Notes: a model not told the origin generated them from the sequence alone. A DNA stretch of 64,000 bases from Anaeramoeba ignava BMAN (GCA_028826165.1 JAPDFW010000088.1:257360-321359); one strand, 5' to 3'. Positions 26,412 to 38,820 are shown, counted from the first letter of the stretch. Numbers and translations are program-made.

Positions 26412-29083
26412 TTAAATATTTTCAGAAATTTTCATCATGCTATTTGTTGTTAATAAAACTTCAGGAATTAAATCATAAACAGCTCGATAATGTATTAAAG
26501 AAAGTGATAATTTTGCTGAATTAATTAAATCTTGAGAACGACTAAAACAAAGCATAATTCCTGATAACATTTCTTGAAACAATTCATTTGAAAGATAGAA
26601 TTTAATTTCATTTTCAATTTTAATCTTTTTTTCTTTTTCATGATATTCTGGATAATAAAGCATATATTCAACCCATTTTTCTTGTGAAATTTGATGGATT
26701 TGCTTTGTGACAGTTTCTTGATCAATATCAAATGCTTTTTCCGAACCAATTGTTGCAATTCTTGCACAAATTGCGCAATAATTTTGGAGAGAATTAATTG
26801 GCATTTCGGAATGATATTGATTAAATTTTGAAAGTAAAACTTTTGCAAAAAGTGCAGAATTCAAAGTGGAAAAACTTTTTATCATTGGAATATTTTCAAT
26901 ATAAACTAATTTTCTTTGTTGCTCTTGGAAATCATGCTTTTGCAAACTTGATTCAGTTAATTTTTGTACTTTTTGAGCAAAAGGCTTATGGAAAACAGAA
27001 GGAATTTCAAGAGAAACTGGATGAAAAACTCTTTTTTCCTTTGATTCAATTTCGGAATAAAAAACTGACAAAAGAAACGCTTGTATTGATGCTAATTTCT
27101 GAAGATCTCCTTCAGTAATTTGTTGTTTTTGCTTTGCTTGTGGGATTGATGAATGCGTATAAAAATATAAGAATTTCCACACTAAAATCGGGAAGTATTT
27201 AATTGTAAATATTTGTAATTTTGATGTTCCACTTTGATACCAATCATAAAACCAATGACAAATTGCTTGGCAATCCTCATATGATTTCCTTAACAGTGAA
27301 TGATGAACCAAATTATTTGTAAATCCTTCATTTTCAACAAGAGAATCCACAATTTGCTCTTTGAAATTCTTGATTTTTTAAATTGTTTTTTTTTTCAAAA
27401 TTCAAAATTGAAAATTTTTCAAAATGTCTATAAATTGTTTCAAATATTCTAATTTTTTTTTGGAATATCAATCAATACATTAATTGTATCAATATAAGTT
27501 ACTAATAATTGTTTCTTTTTCATTGCTTGCGTAATTTCATTAAATAAACTTTGGAAATCGGAATTTGCTACATTCTAAAAATTTAAATTTAAATTTAAAC
27601 TTAAAAATAAAAATAAAAATAAAAATATTCATTTTACTTTTGTTTTTGCTCCAGCCAATTTTAGCATTTCTATTACTTCTTTTTGCGCTATTTTTTTAAT
27701 TGCACAATCTAAAGGAGTATAATTCTATTATATTTATCAAAAAAAAAATATTTTTTTTTGTTTCCAAAATGAATATATGATGAAAATGATTGATTTTTAA
27801 AAATTAAATTTATATTTTACTTTCTATTTCATTACCAGTAAATTATTTTTAACATCTGTTTTACAAATTGAATTTATTTTTTAATTTTACTTTCTTTGAA
27901 TTTTTTTTTGTTAATTTTTAAATTTTATTAAAATTTCAAATTTTTCTTTTTTTTTTTTTAAAATGTTTCTACATTTGTAATATTAAGAGAAGGTTTGCAA
28001 CTCAATAAAGCCTTCATACTTTCTTCATTTAATTTATTAAAACAAGCAAAATGAAGAGGAGTATCATCCTAATAAAAAAAATTATTTGATATTTTTTTTT
28101 GGATTAAATATCAAATAATTTCCAAATCAAGAAAAAATTGTTTTACTTTCTAAATATTTGGATTGAAATTATCATTTTGAATTTAATTTCTATCTTTTAA
28201 AAATGAAAGATTAAAGTTTACATTCTAAAAAAAAATATTTTTCTTTCTTTTCAATATTTTTAATTGCCAAATTTTTTTTATATTTGAATATTAACATCTC
28301 GGGAATTAATATCAGCTCCTGAATCAAGTAATAATTGAATAAGTGATGCAACAGCATTTGCTTGACAAGCATAATGTAATGGTGTTCTATTCTGTAAGTT
28401 ATTATTTATTAATATTTACAGTTGAAAAAATTTTATTTGGAAAAATGATTAAAAAATTTTATTTGGAAAAATGATTAAAAAATTTACATGCTTTTTGAAT
28501 TGAATTAAATTGAATTAAATTAAATAAAAATCAAATAAAATCAAATTAAATTTTATTATTTTTTTACTTTCTAAAATGGAAAATAATTTAAAAAGAAATT
28601 TTTGTTTTAAATGATTTTGATTCATTTTGATTTTTTACATTTTTTGAATTAACTTCAGCTCCATGTTCAATTAATAATTTTGCCATTTTAGTATTTCCTA
28701 ATGAACAGGCAAGATGTAAAGGTGTAAGTTGCTTTATAAAATAAAATAGAAACATCAAATTATTTTGAAATGAATTTTTTTTTTAAATAAAATTTATTAA
28801 TGAAAATAAAATTTTATTTAAAAATTACTCGCTTTTTGAAGTAAAATTTTATTTAGAATTTTTAATGAAATTTTTTTTTGGGAATTTTATTTAAATTTTT
28901 TATTTTACATTCTAAATAAATTTATTTTTTAAAAAATTTAATTTAAGAAAACAAAATTTTGATAAAAATAAGTTTTTTTTTTTTTTTTACTTCAGTTTTT
29001 TTATTAATATCTTCTCCTTTATCAAGTAATTGAAGAACTAATTTAGAATCAGAATTTTGGACAGCTTCGTGAATATTTGTCAT
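26412..29083 (-). CDS. Ankyrin-repeat (x5) plus hyccin/FAM126 domain protein, about 513 aa; 15 exons including eight 3-nt microexons
   Basis: Exons 28991-29083, 28639-28731, 28296-28391, 27973-28068 and 27638-27724 are single ankyrin repeats (TPLHLAC, TPLHYAC, TPLHFAC, TPLDCA). Linker exon 27479-27574. Terminal exon 26412-27368 has AICHWFYDWYQSGTSKLQIFTIKYFPILVW and IHYRAVYDLIPEVLLTTNSM (hyccin motifs). All introns are phase 0. Confidence 0.8.
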
Positions 29084-29149
29084 TAAAAAATTTAAATAAA
29101 ATGAAAAATGAAAAATGAAAAATGAAAAATGAAAAATGAAAAAATGTTT

Positions 29150-29750
29150 TTATTGTTTTCTAAATTGAAATTGAATTTGTTTTCTAAATTGATTTTGAAT
29201 TTGTTTTCTAAATTGAATTTGTTTTCTAAATTGAAATTGAATTTGATTTTGAAATTGAAATTGAAATTGTTTTCTAAATTGTTTTCTAAATTGAATTCGT
29301 TTTCTAAATTGAAATTGAAATTGTTTTCTAAATTGAAATTGAATTTGTTTTCTAAATTGATTTAGAATTTGTTTCCTAAATTGATTTTGAATTTGTTTTC
29401 TAAATTGATTTTGAAATTGTTTTCTAAATTGATTTTGAAATTGTTTTCTAAATTGATTTTGAAATTGTTTTCTAAATTGATTTTGAAATTGTTTTCTAAA
29501 TTGATTTTGAATTTGAAATTGATTTTGAATTTGTTTTCTAAATTGAAATTGAAATTGTTTTCTAAATTGATTGTGAAATTGTTTTCTAAATTGATTTTGA
29601 ATTTGTTTTCTAAATTGATTTTGAATTTGTTTTCTAAATTGATTTTGAATTTGTTTTCTAAATTGAAATTGAATTTGTTTTCTAAATTGATTTTGAATTT
29701 GTTTTCTAAATTGATTTTGAATTTGTTTTCTAAATTGATTTTGAATTTGT
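29150..29750. repeat. Tandem about 24-bp repeat (ttgttttctaaattgattttgaat) between the RPC2 stop and the ankyrin-hyccin promoter
   Basis: Directly visible; generates the spurious (QFRKQIQN)n and (LFSKLILN)n ORFs. Confidence 0.9.
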
Positions 29751-29753
29751 TTT

Positions 29754-32700
29754 CTATTTAACTTCATTTGGTTGATTTAAATCAAATACGTCATTTAAAT
29801 CAGTTAATTTTAATTTTGGAGCAATATTCATTGATTGAAGTTCTTGAAATAATAATTTGCAAGCATAAGGCATTTCAAGTTTGGTACAATTTTCATAAGA
29901 TTTACAATATGGACACCAACCATCATAACCCAAAGATCCACATTTCTTAAATTAAAATTAAAATTAAAATTAAAATTAAAATTAAAATTAAAATTAAAAT
30001 TAAAATTAAAATTAAAATTAAAATTAAAATTAAAATTAAAATTAAAATTAAAATTAAAATTAAAATTAAAATTAAAATTAAAATTAAAATTAAAATTAAA
30101 ATTAAAATTAAAATTAAAATTAAAATTAAAATTAAAATCAAAATTAAAATTAATATTAAAATTAAAATTAATATTAATATTAAAAATAAAAATTATTGAT
30201 TCAAAAATCGGATAAAAATTTATTACTTACTCCACAAACAGTAACAATAAATAAATCAGAAGAATACATTAATCGTTCTTGCAAAAGTAAACTTGATCCA
30301 TATCCAACTAAACAATCTCTCTCCATCTCACCTAATCGCAAACCACCACCTCTTGCTCTCCCCTCTGTTGGTTGTCTAGTTAAGGCTGTTCGAGGTCCCA
30401 TACTAAAATCAAGAAAGAAAAATAACAAAAATAAATATTTCAAAAATCAAAACCAATAAATAATCCACATCAAAAAATGAAGAGGATTTTCTTGAGGATT
30501 TTTCCAATTGAAAAAAAGGGTTCTTAAAAAATACTTTGAACGTGCAAATATCTTATCCATAACCATATGCTTTAATTTTTGATAATAAACAGGACCAAAG
30601 AAAATATAAGCAGAAAGAGGCAATCCATTAACGCCTGAATAAAGAACATCCTTCCCAGAAAACGAGTATCCATATTCAATGAGTACGTTCATTAAATCAA
30701 GACTTCTATTTCCTGAAAAAACTGTTCCATCTCTCAAATTGCCATCACAAAGTGCACATTTTGAGCCCAACAATTCTATCATTTTCCCAACTGTCATTCG
30801 ACTAGGAAAACCATGGGGATTCATGATCATATCCGGAACTACTCCGGTTTCTGAGAAAGGTAGATCTTCCTTCTCAACAATCAAGCCGCAAACTCCCTTC
30901 TGTCCATGTCGACTTGAGTTGCCTCCCCAGAAAGATTTTCCTTTTCTTCTCACATAAATAACCCCGCTTGTTGTTTCGCATGAATAAACTTTCCCTGAAT
31001 ACTCAATTAATCCCTCTTCTCTTTCTTTTTGATTCTCCGTTTTTTCAAGTGATTTCAATCCAATGCTTGATCCAATGAAAATTTTGATATTGTAAATTTT
31101 TTCCTTTTTTTCCTTCCTTTTTTCAATATCTGCTGATAATTCTGAATGCAGAGATAATTGCTGAAGAAAATTTAGAAACATTTTGTTCTGTGTTTTGAAG
31201 CTCCAATGCTCTTTGCTTTTTCTAAATTTGTTAGTATAATTATCATCAATTTTATGTTCTTCAAGTTTAAGTATTGTTTTTAAAAGAAGTTGAGAATATT
31301 CAGTGTTTAGTTTCCAAATCCAATTTGGGATTTTTGGGAATTGTTCCCATTTTTCATTTCTTAATGATTTAAAATATTTGAATAACTTTCCATTTTCAAT
31401 AATAATTTCCTTTTTTCCAAATTCGTTGTTGATTTTCAAATCAAGTTTTTGGCAAGTTGACAAAAATAATTTGCGGATTGATTCCGAATAATTTAAATTA
31501 ATTATCAATTTTTTCATCCTTTTGTTTTGAGAAGAAACAAAAGATTGAATCCAAAAAGCAAAGAAAATGATCCAACTTTTGAAATTTTGTGATTGAATGA
31601 TTCCGTCTAATTTAAAGTTAATTTGAGATGAGTTTAAATTTTGAGCTGTTTTTTTAAACTCTACATTTTCCAATCCGAAAACATCTTCAATATTTTCCAA
31701 ATCAAAATGTGTTTTTGTTGGGATTTTGGCGAATATTTTATGATTCAAAGTGACCAATTGATCGACAGCATTATTTCGAAGAAAATACATTAATCCGAAA
31801 TGATTATATTTGAAAATGCGAATAGGATGTTGATAAAAAAGATGTTTTCCGTCAACCAAAGTAGCGACTTTATGGGAATAATTTAATTTTTTGAAGGGAA
31901 TCCAACCATTATTTTCTGTGAGAATTTGAGTTTTTGGATCGTAACAGAATTTATCTCCCAATTCAGGTCTTCTTGTGCTTCTAATTACAGATTTAACTAA
32001 TAATTGTGTTGATTTATTGTTTGTCAAGATGACTCTATCAATAACTCCTTCGGTTGATTTGTAAATAACTGGAGATGATTTGTGTTCAATTTTTTGAACA
32101 TTTACAATAGTGTCTGTTGTACTTTTTGGAACTTGTTTGTTGAACATTACTTGTCCATTTGATATTTTCAATCCTGGTTGACAAATTCCATCTTCATCAA
32201 GTAATTTAAATTTGATTCCTCTTTGTAGCTCTAGTTCTGATGGTGAAACCAATTTATCGAATGATTGATTTGGATATTGTGATATTTGTGCACTATATCT
32301 TCTATAAATCATACAACGACCGTAACCGAGATCCAAAGAAGATTTATTTAAAATGACTGCATCTTCGATATCATAACCTTAATTTTTGATTTTAAATTTT
32401 TGATTTTAAATTAATTTTTGATTTTAAATTAAATTTTTGATTTTAAATTAATTTTTAATTTTAAATTAATTTTGATTTTAAATTAAATTTTTGATTTAAA
32501 TTTTTGATTAAGATTCTAAATTAAATTTTTGATTTTCTACCAGAATAACTCATAACAGCAATCATCGCATTCTGACCAGCAGGTAAACGATCAAATCTAA
32601 ATAAATCGGAAGCCTTAGTTCTTACTAAAGGCTTTTGAGGATAACACAAATAATAAAGAGCGGAATCAACACGAGTCAATTCATTTTCCGCCAAAATACT

Positions 32701-35700
32701 CATAGCTTGCTTGCCCATAGCGCATTGATAAGTGTTTCTAGGAGATTGATTATGATGAGGAAAAGGGATGATTCCTGCACAAATCCCAAGAATAGTCAAT
32801 GGTTCAATTTCAAGATGAGTTGTTACACCAGGAATTATTAAGTTTTCATAAAGAGCAATATTGCAATTACTTTCTTCATTCACATCCAAATATTCAAGTA
32901 TCCCATTCGAAAGAAAATATTTGAATATTGATTTCGAATATTTCACTTTGCCAAAAAAGTTCTGGCGATCTTCAATATTTTCAAGTGGTTGTGACAACTG
33001 TTGAATATGCTCCTTTGTGATTCTTGGCTTTCCGTTTTTATCAACTATGATAAGAGGACGGCATAATCTTCCTCCATCACATGAGATCTCGATAAAGTTC
33101 TTCTTCTCGTTGAAGAAAATTGAAACAAATTCGGCAATTTGAGCCCATCTTCTCAAAATGCGAAATTGCGATATAAAAATAAGCGGTTTTCGATGGATCC
33201 CAATTATACGCCCATTAAGAAAGATTACAGTTGCTTCTCCTGATGATAATTCTTCTCCCGAAAGAAAATCAACTTCTTCAATGCCTAGCATAAGGGCTGC
33301 TCTAAACACAGGCTCTTCTTCAGAGTCTGTTGTGATGTGAGAAAGAAGCGCAAGATTTTTCACAAGTCCACAACTCTCGCCCTCAGGAGTGTCAGAAGGG
33401 CAATTATGCGTCACAAACCCATTTGCAACAAATGTGTGATTGATGCTTTGTGTTGTTAGATCATAAACCTCCTTCACCTTTGTTTCAGGAGATATGCTGT
33501 CAACGGGGACAAAAATCATCCCGTTTTCAAATTTAAAATTTAAACGGAATTTTTCAATTGCTTTTTCTTCTGTGACTTCACTCTTGCTTTTTAAATGTCT
33601 ATAATAAAGCAAAAACTCTCCCGTTATTCTCGCATTCTGTTCTGCAAAGAAGCAATAACGGAAACCAATTTTTTTCCAGTAATTTAAGAAAGAATCTTTT
33701 GGAAGAAATAATAAATTTGATGAATACATTTCTTCTGTTGTTTCAATCCCAAATTCTCTGAAAAGAAGTATTTGTTGTAAGATGAAATTTTTCGCAAAAC
33801 TTTTGCTTGCACAATTTCTTTTGAATATCCCATTTTGAACCAGATCACTTTCCACAAAATAGCCATGAACGCTCGAAAGCCATTCTCTTTTAATTAACTT
33901 GTTTGATTCTAAAATCCATTTCGGTATTTGTGCAAATTGCGAATTTTGCTGCTGAATATTTATAATATCCAATGGATGTAAAAGAGATAATAAAAGATAA
34001 ATCAAGGCGTTATTTTTGCAAATGATGTTGGAACTTCGTTGAAAATTTTTCGATTTTTCCTTTTCTTCGATCCAAATTGAATCTGAAAATCCAATTGATT
34101 TGCAATCGGATATTAATTGAGAGGCATCTTGACTTGAATCCATGCAAAAAATGAAATGGATATCATTTTGATCGACTTGTTGGTTTATTTTTAGGTTAAA
34201 TTGTTTCGATATGATATTTCCGCGGGAGATTAAAGTTCCCAATAATCTTGTTAAAATGGATAATTTTTCATTTTGACTATCCAAAGGAAGCAATTTAATT
34301 TGATCAAGTTTTTGGATTATCGAATTCAAGTTAATATTTGGAAATTGGATTTGCATTTGTTTTTCAGAAGTGATAGCGAAATGTGTTTTGTTTTGAGTTT
34401 TCGAAGGATTTTCCAAAGTGTGTCTAATACAAACACAATCATTGCGAGTTAAATGCTGGGCTTGGACAAATCCTCTTTTTGTGAGAAATGGATGATCTTC
34501 TGTCACACAAATTTCTCTATCAGTAACCGTTTTAACTGTGAATAGTTTTTGTTTTAACGAATGGATATAAAAATGCTGCTTTTCCGTGATTTTGGATGTT
34601 TTTTCTTCAAGGGATTTTGGGTTTACTGTGATTATTGAAATGTCTTTTTTTTGATTGTAATAAAGATCATCTATAAAGCATGTGTTTATTTTATCATCCA
34701 TTAAAATTGATGTATCTTTGGAGCAACACAAAATCCCGAACTGACTTGTTTGTAGAGATCTTGGACCACTTATTTTTCTTGTTTTTTCAAATTGTGAAGA
34801 GATTCTAGTTACCATTCCTTTTTTTTTTTTTTAATTTAAATTTGAATTTAATTTGAAATGATTTGAAATTTTTTTTTTGGAATTTTTACCTAAACAAGAA
34901 ATGTAAGATAAACGAGATAAAACTTGAGTAATCCCAGCTCTTGCCATTTTAAATCTTTTCAGAGTCCAATTACCGGTTGCAATAGCTCTAACCAAACCAT
35001 TAGTAATTGTATCAATACGAATAGACTTAACAATATCAAACTGAGCAGCCAAGTTTCTTTTGGATAAAGAAGCATCAGCAATACGAGACAACTCAGTATT
35101 AAATTTCTTGAACAAATCATCAAACAGAATGGCAAGTAAAGGACCAGTAAGTTCCAACCGTTTATTTCCATAATAGTCTCTATCATCAAGAAAATTGATG
35201 TCTTTATTTGCCTTTAAAACACGACGAACCATTAATGCTAAAGTGATGCTTTTCATGCGCAAATCTCCGTTTTCAGCCTTTATATGTGATAGAATAACTC
35301 CTGTTACTACATCAAGTGCATATGATATTGGAACTTGTTTTCTTCCAGGTTTTTGAACCTTTTGTTCGTTTGTAAATGTACATTAAACTCTGTTTTTGTG
35401 TGAATATTTGAAGTTTCATTGATTCTTGAAATGATGCACTTAATGAGGTTAAAATAAAACTATCTGTTCCAATTAATTGAATGATTTGTTGATCGCTTTG
35501 TATTCCTAATGCTTTAAATGCTATTACAATTGGTATTGCTTCTGAAAATGTATTATGTTTGAGATATAACTTAGATTTTTTGAGGATTACACTTGTTCTA
35601 CTGATTCTTTCGTGTGTTGTACTATTAAATAAATTTTAATAATATTTTAATAAATATTTTAATATTATTTTAATATTATTTTAATATTTTAATATTATTT

Positions 35701-37387
35701 TAATATTATTTTAATATTATTTTAATATTATTTTAATATTATTTTAATATTATTTTAATAAATATTTTAATAAATATTTTAATAAATATTTTAATAAATA
35801 TTTTAATAAATATTTTAATAAATATTTTAATAAATATTTTAATATTATTTTAATAAATATTTTAATAAATATTTTAATAAATATTTTAATAAATATTTTA
35901 ATAAATATTTTAATAAATATTTTTAATAAATATTTTAATATTATTTTAATATTATTTTAATATTATTTTAATATTATTTTAATAAATATTTTAATATTAT
36001 TTTAATAAATATTTTAATATTATTTTAATAAATATTTTAATATTATTTTAATAAATATTTTAATATTATTTTAATATTATTTTAATATTATTTTAATATT
36101 TTAATATTATTTTAATAAATATAACCCAACCTAATAACATTTGCACTAATAATTCCTTTTCCATCTTGATCAACAATAATTCTATTTCTTGATAATTGTT
36201 CTTGAATTAAACAAATTTTTTCTACTCCATTAATAATAAAATAACCACCAGGATCAAGTGTACATTCTCCAAGATTTGATATTTCAGTATCACTTTTTCC
36301 ATAAAGAATACATTTTTCACTTCGAAGCATAATTGGTAATCTTCCAATTATCACATTTTTTTTAATATATGCTTTTTTATCTCTGATAAATTCAACATTA
36401 ACTAATATAGGTGCACTATAAGTAATATCTCTTAATCTGCATTGCTAAATTTTAATTTTAATTTTAATTTTAATTTTAATTTTAATTATAATTATAATTT
36501 TAATTTTAATTTTAATTTTAATTTTGAATTTTATTTTTAATTTTAATTTTAATTTTAATTTTAATTTTAATTTTAATTTTAATTTTAATTTTAATTTTAA
36601 TTTTAATTTTAATTTTAATTTTAATTTTAATTTTAATTTTAATTTTAATTTTAATTTTAATTTTATAAATGAATTTTAATTTTAATTTTAATTTTAATTT
36701 TAATTTTAATTTTAATTTTGATTTTGATTTTGATTTTGAATTTGAATTTGATTTTGAATTTGAATTTGAATTTTAATTTTAATTTTAATTTTAATTTGAA
36801 TTTTAATTTTAATTTTAATTTTAATTTTAATTTTAATTTTAATTTTAATTTTAATTTTAATTTTAATTTTAATTTTAATTTTAATTTTAATTTTAATTTT
36901 AATTTTAATTTTTAATTTTAATTTTAATTTTAATTTTAATTTTAATTTTAATTTTAATTTTAATTTTAATTTTAATTTTAATTTTATTTTTAATTTTAAT
37001 TTTAATTTTAATTTTAATTTTGATTTTAATTTTAATTTTAATTTTGATTTGAATTTTAATTTTAATTTTAATTTTAAGATTGGTTACTTGAGGTGTTATT
37101 TCTCTAGTTATTACTTCATCTTGAATTTCGGGTTTTCCAACAAAAATATCCAAGTATTTCATATAAAATGTTGGATCAGATTTACAAGTAATTTTTTGAT
37201 TTGCTTGAAGAATTTTTTTTAAATCGATATTAACTAAATGATTAAAAGAATCGATATGTTGTTTTAATAATCCTCTTGTTCTAAAAAAAAGAGGTAATAA
37301 TTTCCATTTTTCTTCAACTGTTTGAATTGGTTGACTTAATTCATTAAGAATATTATGTGTGTTTTTCAATTTAACTTCTTGATCCAT
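29754..37387 (-). CDS. RPC2: RNA polymerase III second-largest subunit, about 7 exons, containing two inteins
   Basis: [23 protein letters not shown]; [17 protein letters not shown]; [13 protein letters not shown]; [17 protein letters not shown] (Pol III-type); [17 protein letters not shown]; [12 protein letters not shown]; [22 protein letters not shown]; [16 protein letters not shown]. Confidence 0.97.
30918..31946 (-). mobile_element. Intein 2 in RPC2 (343 aa) with a degenerate homing endonuclease
   Basis: Interrupts the conserved GDKF|SSRHGQKG. Starts [15 protein letters not shown], block [11 protein letters not shown]-terminus [28 protein letters not shown] followed by +1 Ser. Confidence 0.95.
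33403..34728 (-). mobile_element. Intein 1 in RPC2 (442 aa) with a degenerate LAGLIDADG homing endonuclease
   Basis: Interrupts the conserved SQFGIL|CPSDTPEG. Starts [10 protein letters not shown], block [12 protein letters not shown], block [24 protein letters not shown] followed by +1 Cys. Confidence 0.95.
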
Positions 37388-37469
37388 TTATGAGAAAAAA
37401 AATGAAAAAATGAAAAATGAAAAAATGAAAAATGAAAAAATGAAAAAATGAAAAAAAATTTATTTCTTT

Positions 37470-38820
37470 TATTTGATTTTGAATTTTGATTTTGATTTTG
37501 AATTTGAATTTGAATTTGATTTTGAATTTGAATTTGATTTTGATTTTAATTTTGATTTTAATTTTGATTTTGATTTTGATTTTGATTTTGATTTTGATTT
37601 TGATTTTGATTTTGAATTTGATTTTGAATTTTGATTTTGATTTTGAATTTGATTTTGATTTTGATTTTGATTTTGATTTTGATTTTGATTTAGAATTTGA
37701 TTTTGATTTTGATTTTGATTTTTGGATTTGATTTTTGAATTTGATTTTGATTTTGATTTTGATTTTTGATTTTTGATTTTGATTTAGAATTTGATTTTTG
37801 ATTTTTGATTTTGATTTTGATTTTTGAATTTGATTTTGGAATTTTGATTTTGAATTTGATTTTTGATTTTGATTTTGATTTTGATTTTTGAATTTGATTT
37901 TGAATTTTGATTTTGATTTTTGATTTTGATTTTGATTTTTGAATTTGATTTTTGATTTTGATTTTGATTTTGATTTTGATTTTTGATTTTGAATTTGGTT
38001 TTGATTTTGATTTTAAATTTGATTTTTGAATTTGATTTTTGAATTTGATTTTGATTTTTGATTTTGAATTTGATTTTGATTTTTGATTTTGATTTTGATT
38101 TTTGATTTTGAATTTTGATTTTAAATTTAATTGAAATTTAATTTTGAATTTTGAATTTGGATTTGAAATTTTGATTTTGAATTTGATTTTGATTTTTGAT
38201 TTTGATTTTGATTTTTGAATTTTGAATTTGATTTTGAATTTTTGAATTTGATTTTGATTTTGATTTTGATTTTGATTTTTGATTAATTTGATTTTGATTT
38301 TGATTTTGATTTTGATTTTGATTTTGATTTTGAATTTGATTTTTGATTTTGATTTTGAAATTTTAATTTTGATTTTTTTGATTTTTGATTTTAATTTTAA
38401 ATTTGATTTTGATTTTGATTTTGAATTTGAATTTTAATTTTGATTTTGATTTTGATTTTGATTTTAATTTTAATTTTGAATTTGATTTTGATTTTGATTT
38501 TGATTTTGATTTTAAATTTGATTTTGATTTTGATTTTGAATTTGATTTTGAATTTGAATTTGATTTTGATTTTGAATTTAATTTTGATTTTGATTTTGAA
38601 TTTGATTTTGATTTTGATTTTGATTTTGATTTTGAATTTGATTAATTTGAATTTGGTTTTGATTTTAATTTTAAATTTGATTTTGAATTTGATTTTGAAT
38701 TTGATTTTAATTTTGAATTTGATTTTGATTTTGATTTTGAATTTAATTTTGATTTTGATTTTGAATTTGATTTTGATTTTGATTTTGATTTTGATTTTGA
38801 TTTTGATTTTGAATTTGAAT
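37470..38820. repeat. (GATTTT/GAATTT)n microsatellite field
   Basis: Directly visible hexamer repeats. Confidence 0.9.

Noticed and set aside
27572-27574. AG|AAT|GTAG as a ninth microexon
   Set aside because: The frame stays open for a full 96-nt exon ending in a good phase-0 donor, so an ordinary exon is the simpler reading; it could at most be an alternative donor
27854-27855. Additional AG|AT|GT 2-nt microexon candidate
   Set aside because: It would shift the frame, has a weaker GTTA donor and would need introns of about 30 nt, far below the local size range
29129-30141. ORFs such as (QFRKQIQN)n, (LFSKLILN)n, (IL)n, and (KI)n, (YI)n, (FD)n elsewhere
   Set aside because: Translations of intronic or intergenic microsatellites, or alternative frames and strands of poly-NQ exons
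35355-35390. +1 frameshift in the RPC2 coding sequence (…CGAACAAAAGGTTCAA…), possible programmed frameshift or tiny intron
   Set aside because: Removing one A from a homopolymer restores the frame and no GT-AG intron of suitable length or phase fits. In an essential gene in a homopolymer-error-prone assembly this is most likely a sequencing error.
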